A stretch of 64,000 nt of DNA from Zygnema circumcarinatum SAG 698-1b (taxonomy: Eukaryota; Plantae; Zygnematophyceae). Made by a program: the position numbers and the translations under genes. This document shows positions 35,868 through 46,022 of the stretch, in pieces. The stretch is from assembly GCA_037447605.1 (NCBI GenBank), contig CM074819.1, positions 1,634,297 through 1,698,296 of the forward strand, given 5' to 3'. The notes under the pieces are model-generated. The model saw only the letters and a program-made list of their open reading frames with translations, ran no database searches and was not told where the DNA came from. Every line of letters starts with the position of its first letter. Within the stretch, counting starts at the first letter, position 1.

Positions 35868-38800
35868 TTAAGGGGCTGGACGACTAGGAGGAGGTTTACG
35901 CAGAGGGGGACTTCTAGGAGGGGGTCGAGGACTAGGAGGGGGTGGACGTGGAGGGGGGCTACGAGGAGGGGGTCGAGGACTAGGAGGGGGTGGACGCGGA
36001 GGAGGACTTCGAGGAGGAGGTCGAGGACGAGGAGGAGGTGGACGCGGAGGGGGACTCGGAGGGGGACTTCGAGGAGGGGGTCGAGGACTAGGAGGAGGTT
36101 TCTGCGGAGGGGGACTTCGAGGAGGGGGTCGCGGGCTTCGAGGAGGGGGTCGCGGGCTTCGAGGAGGATTACGCTGAGAGGGATTTTGAGGAGTGGGCCG
36201 AGGACTAGGAGGAGGTGGTGAAGGTGGAGGAAAGGGTGGAGGAGAGGGGCTCGGAGGGGGTGGTGAAGGCGGAGGTAGGGGCGGGGGAGAGGGGCTCGGA
36301 GGGGGTGGTGAAGGCGGAGGTAGGGGCGGGGGAGAGGGGCTCGGAGGGGGTGGTGAAGGCGGAGGTAGGGGCGGGGGAGAGGGGCTCGGAGGGGGTGGTG
36401 AAGGCGGAGGAGGAGGTGGAGGAGAAGGGCTCGGCGGTGGTGGTGAAGGGGGAGGAAGGGGCGGAGGAGAGGGGCTCGGAGGGGGTGGTGAAGGCGGAGG
36501 AGGAGGTGGAGGAGAAGGGCTCGGAGGTGGTGGTGAAGGGGGAGGAAGGGGCGGAGAAGGGGGGCTTGGAGGGGGTGAACCTGCAGTAATTCAGGGCATT
36601 TCATGAGTTTCAGTTCAAAGCTAATGGTGGAATCACTTCTTCCATGGCTTACATACTCTTAAAACGTGATATTTCATCAACTATGTGCCTCTCATGCAAT
36701 CTGTCTCCACGGAAAATCAGATTCCTATGTCATTTCTCGGGCTACGCAATTTTTTTTTTGAAAAGCTGCGAGGTCAAACTCGCAGGTTATCTAACTATTG
36801 CAGATGGAGACGACATAGGTTATTGGGATGGGTCGTGAAGATTATCAAAAGCTAAAACATGTTATTGTAGGAGCACCCTCGTTAAATGCTCGTCAAACCC
36901 TGCACCATCTTCTGAATGAGCTTGTTTGAGTTCACAAATTAATACTTGAACTATGCTTCTAGAAGTTCGAAAATTGAATTGGCGCCAACACATGGACATT
37001 CAGTTTGCTCTGTCAGCAATGGTTGGTTGGTTGGTTGACGACAGTGTACAAGCTGTTCAAAATGCGGTACTTCCCACTGCCTATGCCACCCTTTCCTTTG
37101 CCTTTCAAAGGGAATCTGCACGTAATAAGTTACTTACGGCGCAGAATACATTTTTCAGATGACAGCATATATCCTGGGTCACATGTGCAGGTGCCTGTGT
37201 CGAACCCGCACGTGCCAAGTCCCCCGCATGCTCCATCGGAATCATCGCTGTTGCAGAAGGACGAGCACTCTTGCTGAGATCTCTGCGAAGAAGGTGCGCT
37301 ACATTGGAGGGTAATGTCGTTGCGGTAAATGCAGTTGTTGGCATATCGGCAGTATTGATAGTGGGGGCCATAGGGTTGCCCAATCAATGTTATGTTGATT
37401 GGCCCGGAGAAGTAGTTGTCTTGGATATACGCGTCGACAAGGTAATCGCTCGTAAGGGTTATGGAGCCTGTCAGTTTGTTGTTTTCTAAGTTCCTGGTGA
37501 CATGAAGGGTGCACATGAGAGAGGGGGGAGCATTACAGCTGAAACTTTTTAAGTTTCTGTCATGTTTGTGTCACAGCCACTACAAATGTTATGCTTCGAA
37601 ATCACACAAGTGACCTTGGAAACTTTTTTCACAAAACATGAGATAAACAATACTCATGCAAGTGCAGAATCAATGTAATAGCTCGAGAGGTACGAATGCT
37701 TTGTAACCGAACAAAAAATCAAACTGCTGCAACTACAACTTTATCGATGTAACGGCGCTCACAGGTTCGACAGTTGGGTGAGTTTACTGATGAAGCCGGA
37801 CACTCTCCCCTCCAGTTTGTTGTTACACAAGGACCTGCAGACAGAACGACGAAAAACGAAAAACATGAGGCTGATTCTGATCTGAACAGAAGAAAATCGA
37901 AACAAATCAGGCATGCAACTCCACGTTCTGTTGTCCGTGAAAAACTATTTATTTGGATCCGTAGACCTCCAAGAAAACTTGTGCAAAAGCATCAAAAGCG
38001 ATAACTTTACAACTAGACGAATTCTCGAACGCAATTTACACAGACGTCACTAACTTTTAAGCTTGCGAATGTGCAGCCTAGCTAGGACGCGAGCATGCAT
38101 TGGCAGCCCCACTTCTTTAAAGCTTACATTGATATTTTGCACTTCCACTTCCAATAAGGGAAAAAACCACTCACAACTCTGTTAGATTCGAAAGGTTGCC
38201 GATAGAATCCGGGATAGAACCCGATAGGGAATTACCACACAAAAATCTGCAAAGAAAGAAGAGGCTTCAAGAGTCTGGCCGATGTGTACAGCAAAAAGCG
38301 AAACTCATGGGGAACGACAGCTCAAGTGAATGCCAAAGAATTGAGTCGAGCAACTGCAGTACGTCCGTTTGCGTACACGTGACGTGACATCCTGGACTAA
38401 AGCTTTTGCACATGCAGCCAGGGAGGACAACAAGCATGCATTGGCACTTCCCTGAAAGTTGCATTGTTTTTTTGCCATTCCATTGTCACATAAGAAAAAA
38501 ATCAACTCACAGTCCTTTTAGATTCGCAAGGTTGCCGATAGAATCCGGGATAGAGCCCGACAGGGAGTTACTACGCATGCCTCTGCGACAAAGAAAAGAG
38601 GTTTCACGAGTTTGGCCAATGTTTGCAGGTAAAGCGGAGATCATGTGGAAAGAATGCTCAAATGAATGTCAAAGTATGAAGTCGAGCAACTGCAGTACGT
38701 TCGTCCAAGTACACGTGACGTGACATCTTGCACTTTAAGCTTGCGAATGTGCAGCGAGTATGCATTGGCAGCCCCACTAATCTTGCAAACTTGCATTGGT

Positions 38801-41800
38801 TTTTTGGACTTCCAATTCAACTAAGGGAAAAAAATATTTACAAATATTGCAGATTCGCAAGGTTGCCGATAGAATCTGGGATAGAGCCCGATAGGGAGTT
38901 ACTATCGATTTCTCTGAAAAAAAAAAAAAGAGGCTTCACGAGTCTGGCCGGTGTTTGCAGCAAAAAGTGGAGGTGGGAAGATTGATCAAGTTAGAGCAAC
39001 TACAGTACGTCTGTCCGCGCACACGTGACGTGACATGCTACATTGGCAGCTCCACTCTTAAAAAATTGCGTTAATTTTCAGCACTTCCATTTCAGATAAG
39101 AGCAAAAATACTTACAAGTATTTCAGATATGCAAGGTTGCCAATAGAATCCGGGATAGAACCCGATAGGGAATTAATGATTAACCCTCTACAAAGAAAGA
39201 AGAAAGTGGCTTCACGATTTTGGCCGAGGATTACAAAAAAAAGCGGAACTCATGTGGAAAAAATTGCTCAAATGAATGCCGAGAGACGGAATCGAGCAAC
39301 TGCAGTACCTCCGTCAATGCAAACGTGACGTGACATCCTAAATTTTAAGAGTTGCAATAGAGCTAGGACAAGCGCATACGCTGGCAACCCCAGTTCATGA
39401 AAGCCGCATTGATTTTCTACATTTCCAATTCTAATGAGGAAAAAACTACTTACAAATCTTGCAGATTCACAAGGTTGCCGATAGAATCCGGGATAGAGCC
39501 CGTTAGGGAATTATAACTCAAGCTTCTGCAAAGATAGAAGAGGCGTGGCGAGTCTGGCCAATGTTTACATCAAAAAGCGAAACTCATGTTGAACGACAGC
39601 TCAAGTGAATGCCAAAGATTTGAGTCGAGCAAAGCTTAAAGCTTGTGATCGTGCAGGCAGGGAGGGCAACAAGTATGCATTGGCCTGAAAGTTGCATTGA
39701 TTTTTTGCAATTCCACGTCAAATAAGGGGAATAGATACTTACAAGCGTGTTAAATTAAAAAGAAAAAAGGGGCTTTAAAAAACTGGCCGATACTTGCAGC
39801 AAACAAGCGGAACTCATATGGAAAGAATACTCAATTGTACACGTGACGTGACATGCAGCCCCAGTTCTCTGAAGGTTAAAATGGCTTTCTACATTTCCAT
39901 TTTCCAAATAAGGAACAAAACACGTACAATGTTTGCAGATTCGCAAGGTTGCCGATAGTAACCGGGATAGGACCCGATAGGGAGTTATGACCCAAATCTC
40001 TGCAAGAAAAAAAGGGGCTTAACAAGTTTGACCGATGTTTGCAGCAAACAATGAAGCGTGTGCATGTGCAACAGTCCCAGCTAGGACGAGATAATGCATT
40101 GGCAGCCACACTTCTCCGAAAGCTGCAATAATTTTCTACAATTCTATTATAAATAAGGGAAAAAACACTTACATATCTTGCAGATTCGCAAGGTTGCCGA
40201 TAGAATCCGGGATGGAGCCAGATAGGGAATTAGACCACAGGCCTCTGACAAAACAACAAAAAAAAAAGGGCTTCACGAGTCTGGCCGATGCGTACTTAAA
40301 AACTGGAACTCATGTGGAAATAATGCTCAAGTGAATGCCAAGGAATCGAGTCGAGCAATTGCAGTACGTGACGTGACATCTTGCACTTTAAGCTTGCGAA
40401 TGTGCAGCCTAGCTAGGACGCGAGCATGCATTGGCAGCCCCACTTCTTTCTAAGCTTATATTGATATTTTGCACTTCCAATTCAAATAAGGGGAAAAAAA
40501 TACTTACAAGTGTGTTAGATTCGAAAGGTTGCCGATAGAATCCGGGATAGAACCCGACAGGGAATTACGACTCAACTCACTGCAAAGAACGAAGAGGCTT
40601 CACGAGTCTGGCCGATGTTTGCAGCAAAAATCGGAACTTATGTGGAACGAATGATCAAGTGAATGCCAAAGAATTGAATCGAGCAATTGCAGTACTTCCG
40701 TCTGCGTACACGTGACGTGACATGCTGAAGCGTGTGCATGTGCAACCCAGCTAGGACGCGAGAATGCATCGGCAGCCACACTTCTCTGAAAGCTACAATG
40801 GTTTTCTACAATTCAATTTCAAATAAGGGAAAAATAAATTACAAAAATTGAAGATTCGCAAGGTTGCCGATAGAATCCGGGATGGGGCCGGATAGGGAAT
40901 TCGACCACAAGTCTCTGACAAACATAGAAATCAAAAGGGCTTCACAAGTTTGGCCGATGTTTGCAGCAAAAATCATCACTCATAAGGAACGACAGCTCAA
41001 GTGAATGACAAGGAACAACGCCGAGCAACTGCAGGTCGTCCATCCGTGTACACGTGACGTGACATCCTGAACTTTAAGCGTGTGTTCATGTGCAGCCAAG
41101 CCAGGACAAGGGCATCAATTGGTGGCCCCACCCCTTAAGCTGCAGTGATTTATTAGACTACTATTTCGTAAGAGAAGGAGGTACATACACGTATTTCAGA
41201 TTCACAAGGTTGCCGATAGTATCCGGGATAGAGCCCGATAGGGAATTACTACCCATTGCTCTGCAGAAAAGAAAGAAAGCTTCACGAGTCAAGCCGATGT
41301 TTAAAGCAAAAAACGACACTCCTGTACAAAAAAGATCAAGTGAATGCCGACAAACGGATGCGCGCATGCATTGACAACCCTACTTCTTTGAAAGTTGCAT
41401 TGGTTCTCTGCACTTTCATTTTAAAAAAGGGAGGAAATACTCACGTGTTTCGCAGATTGGCAAGGTTGCCGATAGAATTCGGGATAGGGCCGGATAAGGA
41501 ATTAGAATGCAAATATCTGCAAGAAGTAAAAGGAGGGATGGCGAGTTTGGCTGATGTTTACAACAAAAAGCGAAACTCTTGTGGAAAGGAAGCTCTAGAG
41601 AATGACGAGGAAGGGAGTCGAGCAACTGCTGTAATTCCGTCCGTGTGTACACGTGACGTGACAACCTAAACTTTAAGCGGGTGCCTGTATAGCCGAGCTA
41701 GAACGCGAGCATGCATTGGCAGCCCCTCTTCTCTGAAAGCTGCAATGGTTTCTGCACTTGCAATTCAAAAGAGGGAAAAGAGTAGTCACAAGTATTGCAG

Positions 41801-43861
41801 ATTCACAAGGTTGCCGATGGAATCCGGGATAGAACCTGTAAGGGAATTCGAATACAAGTTTCTGCAAAAAAAAGAAAAGGCTTCACGAGTGGGGCCTATC
41901 TTTTACAACAAAAAAGCGAAACTCTTGTGGAAAGAAAGCTTTAGTGAATGACGAGGAAGGGAGTCGAGCAGCTGCAATGCATCCGTCCGTGTGTACACGT
42001 GACGTGACATCTTGAACTTTTGCATGTACAGCCTAGCTAGAACGCGAGCATGCATTGGCAGCCCCACTTCTTTGAAAGTTGCAATGATTTCTGCACTTCC
42101 AATTCAAAAGAGGGAAAAGAGTAGTTACAAGGATTGCAGATTCACAAGGTTGCCGATGGAATCCGGGATAGAACCTGTAAGAGAATTAAGTATGAATGAC
42201 CTGCAAAAAAGAAAGAGGCTCCTCAAGTAAGGCCGATGTTTGCAGTAAAAACTGGATCTCATGTGGAAAGAATGCTCAAGTGAATGACGAGGAACTGAGT
42301 CGAGCAATTGCAGTACGTCCGTCCATATACACGTGACGTGACAACCTGAACTTTAAGCGGGTGCCTGTATAGCCGAGCTAGGACGCGAGCATGCATTGGT
42401 AGCCACACTTCTTGAAAAGCTGCTGTTTCCTGCACTTGCATTTCAAACAAGAAAATAAAACACTTACAATTCTTGCAGATTCACAAGGTTGCCGATAGAA
42501 TCCGGGATAGAGCCCGTTAGGAAGATAGCACTCATGTCTCTGCGACAAAAAAAAGAGGTTTCACGAGTTTGGCCAATGTTCGCAGGTAAAGCGGAAATCA
42601 TGTGAAAAAAATGCTCAAATGAATGTCAACGAATGAAGTCGAGCAACTACAGTAAGCACTCGTGATTTCTGCAAGCTGCATTGATTTTTGCATTTCTATT
42701 TCAAACAAGAGAGATGAGTTACTTGCACTTTTATTTCTTTGTCAAGCATTCCTATTCCTTGTATTTCAGATTTGAGGCATAAATACTGAGAAGATCTGCA
42801 CATTCGCTAGGTTGCCTATTGAAATCGGGATAAAAACCCTTAAATAACTTGATTCCAACTCTGTGCAATAAAAAAGGACAACAGTATGCGTAAGCAAGCT
42901 CACTTTCTTTGAAAGCTCCAGTGGTTCAGTGCTTTTACTAATTTAGTACGTCGTCAACATCTGAGCTCTCTCTCTCTCTCTCTCTCTCTAGCTCTCTTAA
43001 CTATGAACTCGCACACACGCATGTAACACATCCATATGGAATGGAGTCACTCACAAAGTTGTCAACTTTGTCAGGTTCCCGATGGCAGGTGAAATGGTTC
43101 CTCCATATCTCCTGAAATTACAATACCTGCAAATGGCGGGTTACCAGTGAAAGCGTCAGAAAAACAGGGCTCCAGCAAACGAGGGAGGCTCTTCCTGATC
43201 AGGTTGTCTGAACCAAGAGGCCCCCTTTAGCCCCCTTTTTCAGAAGGATTCTTCCCTCCTAGCAGCCTCGGTAACAGTTCAGCAGCTATGGAATCCGTGG
43301 ATCACTCCAAAATTACAAGCGGTGTTCAGTCAAAGTGTAGCTCACAGCTGCGTGACGCGACCGTTTCCGTCGCATGTGATCCCCGCCCAGGAGCTGCAGT
43401 CGCTGCTACTCGCCGTCCAGGAGGTGAGTCGTGACCCGTCGGAGAGTGCCGCCTTGACAGTGAGAAGAGCATCCCCTGCGGCCCAAACGCGAGAAGATGC
43501 AGGAATGAGGCCTACATTAGCTTCAAATTTCACAGAGAGAAGGGAAAGTAAGATTTCCCTCTCCCCACACATGGAGGCTTATCGCCGCAGATTATACAGA
43601 TCTTTCCTGGTTATGTTAGACGCAAGGGTGGGCGAGCGGCTCAACGACCGGCCCTGCCGGGAAGCGTCTGCAGAGGGAGGGAGGGCAAGCCTCACTGTCT
43701 CGCGGGTCGATGTTGACCGCGGAGGCGATGGCAAGGAGCAGCAAGAGGAGGATGAGAGTGAAAGGGAGGTGGGGAGAGGGAGGGCGCGAGGAAGAGGAAG
43801 AGGGATATGGAGGAGAGGGAGAGCGAGAGCGAGAGGGAGAGGGAGAGCGCCAGGCCGCCAT
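35868..43861 (-). CDS. Gene B: secreted LRR-extensin-like paralog of the N-terminal half of gene A (SP-LRRNT-16 single-LRR exons-Cys/EGF-extensin, ~840 aa)
   Basis: Exons 43696-43861 (signal), 43346-43475 (LRRNT, near-identical to A), 72-nt LRR exons at 43055, 42468, 42129, 41790, 41445, 41189, 40843, 40508, 40173, 39928, 39454, 39116, 38842, 38511, 38175, 37763; 37138-37493 (356 nt, as in A); Pro-rich exon from 36580 to TAA at 35868-35870. Confidence 0.85.
38040..42870 (-). repeat. LRR exon-intron cassette array of gene B (14 intact + 2 dead units, period mostly 331-346 bp)
   Basis: The core aaggttgccgatagaatccgggatag recurs with homologous flanking introns. Exon spacings are 339, 339, 345, 256, 346, 335, 335, 245, 474, 338, 274, 331, 336. 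Confidence 0.95.
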
Positions 43862-44963
43862 GGCGGCGCAAAGGGTGAGGGCGACGAGTGGCGTCGTCAA
43901 GGGGCGCCGCGGCGACTAAAGCTCCGCCGCCGCGGCTGCCGGGGAGGCGGACGGCCACGTGGCGCGTTTCCATTTGCTGAAGTTTTTCTTCCGCAATTTT
44001 CAAGCATTTCAAGACAAAAAAATATCGTAAGATTTTTTTCGTACACGATACTAGAATGAAGTATCGTGTTCGTACGCATAGCCGACAACCGACATATATG
44101 TACGGTACGAATAATAATTTATGCTTCTCTAACCGACCATTTCGTACGGTCCCGCCACTCGACGACAGGCTCGCAGCCGCGCTGCGGGGAGTGCCTCACT
44201 GATGTCGTTGGTGCCGTCCAATTTCTCCGTACGGTCACGGGCACTAGAGGACAGCCACGTGGCAGTGGCAGTTGCCCGTAACCAAGACGTCCATTCACCG
44301 CATACGGACAGAATTACGGCGACGGAAGGACACACGTAACAGCGCGTGAGCACAACTAGTGGAGCCACGTGGTGCCCTACCACCGGCGGAATGCAGCGAT
44401 TTGCGACAAAGCATGCGTGACGCGGCGGTGCGCGATTCGCTGTCTAAACCCCGACACGTGACAGAGGCCTCCGTATGGATAGGACAGCGTACGGACAATG
44501 TGGGAGCCATACGGACAGTTCTCATCAGTCCGTTAATTCGCTGCTTGCCACGTGGTAGTCACGCGGATTTGGGGCGTGAAGGTAGTGGATTGCGTGCCTG
44601 ACCTCCACGTGTCTATTTTTTATGGCGAGCAGAAAAGGATTCACTGTCAGCGAATGGAATAACGCCACGTGGAACACGGTCAAGATGTGATGACCACGTG
44701 GCGACGACGACGCGGCGCGGCGAAAGCCGTTTCCATGTGACCGTTTGACGGTGCCGCCGTTCACGGCGTACGAACTGCGGCCGACTTGGAGCAGAGAGCG
44801 AGAGAGCGCTGCGGACAGTGCGCACTGCGATTTGCAAACTTTGGCCCAACCGTTGGCAGTGCCTCGCAACCGTTGGCAACACGAATCGCCAATGGTTGGT
44901 TCCTCCCCCCCCCCTTATGTCAGCGTTGCACAGGTCGGACCATTCGATCGAACATTTGCAATA

Positions 44964-45417
44964 GGGGGAGTCAGACCTTGACCATCGCTCGCGGAATTGA
45001 AAGATTCCGCCGGCGGAAAGGTATTGATTTCGATTGCAGAATTCGGGTCGGAAACCGCGGCTCCCCCCGAACCTGTCTGTCCCGTCCGTACTTCGAAATA
45101 GGTTACGAAAATGAGATACAGGCTCGGCGCCCGAGCCTGTCGAACGTCCACTTTTGGCGGAAAAGGCCTGCCGTACAACGCGGAATTGGCCCGACGGGCT
45201 CGCGGAATTGGTTTGGCGATGGACAAGGTCTGACTCCCCCTAATCCCCTCCCCCTCCCCCCGTATCTCATTTTTGTGACCTATTTCGAAGTACGGACGGG
45301 ACAGACAGGTTCGGGGGGAGCCGCGGTTTCCGACCCGAATTCTGCAATCGAAATCAATACCTTTCCGCCGGCGGAATCTTTCAATTCCGCGGGCGATGGT
45401 CAAGGTCTGACTCCCCC
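44964..45417. mobile_element. MITE family 1 (TIR GGGGGAGTCAGACCTTGACCA): full copy plus inverted partial copy
   Basis: Full copy 44964-45240, partial opposite-orientation copy ~45262-45417, TA flanks. Confidence 0.85.
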
Positions 45418-45625
45418 TAATGGTTGTGAACCATTGGATCGCGATCCAGGCAACAATTGTAATGGTCGCAATCCATGGGATGTCAATGGTTGTAAGCCAT
45501 TGGATGGCGATGGTTGCGAGCCATTGGATGGCAATGGTTGCTAACCATTGCAATGGTTGCGAACCATTGAACCGTCCAACCATTGCCATGCCATGGTTGG
45601 CCAATGGTTGCCGATGCAATGGTCC
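45418..45625. repeat. CAATGGTTG/CCATTGGA minisatellite
   Basis: Degenerate ~20-27 bp units. Similar units at ~35430-35480, ~28045-28085 and ~16540-16640. Confidence 0.65.
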
Positions 45626-46022
45626 GACCTGTGCATCGTTCCTCTCTTCACTTTTGCGCCTTGAGCCCATGCAGGACACGTGTCAGTGCTTGGCGGAATC
45701 ATGCTATTTGGGACATTTCGGGCCGTTGGATTAACCTCCCAGTAGTAGGTCGCGAAAACAAATTAAGATAGTTGCTCAAGGTTCTGGAATGAATCTTCAC
45801 CGATAGGCCGTCACGTAGCACTACATTTCCAAGTATTGGGGAGCCGATAAGGATAAGGACGATGGAAAGAAATAGATAAAAAATAGACTTAGATTGGAGT
45901 TTCAAATTCATCCCTCAATGAAGGACACTAACAACTGCAAGTTTAATTTTCCAATGACAGTTTAATAAATTACGTCAAAATTAGTTTTTTTTACCGAAAT
46001 TTCATTGAGATTTCTGTAGCAT

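Noticed and set aside
38040-42870. Regularly spaced conserved ~30-bp core resembling a CRISPR array
   Set aside because: The cores are LRR exons with GT-AG sites, the 'spacers' are homologous introns of 170-270 bp, there are no cas genes, and the context is eukaryotic.
44786-45679. 250-aa ORFs on both strands (and similar at 51706-52035, 54237-54791)
   Set aside because: They run through non-coding MITE copies and show no transposase motifs.
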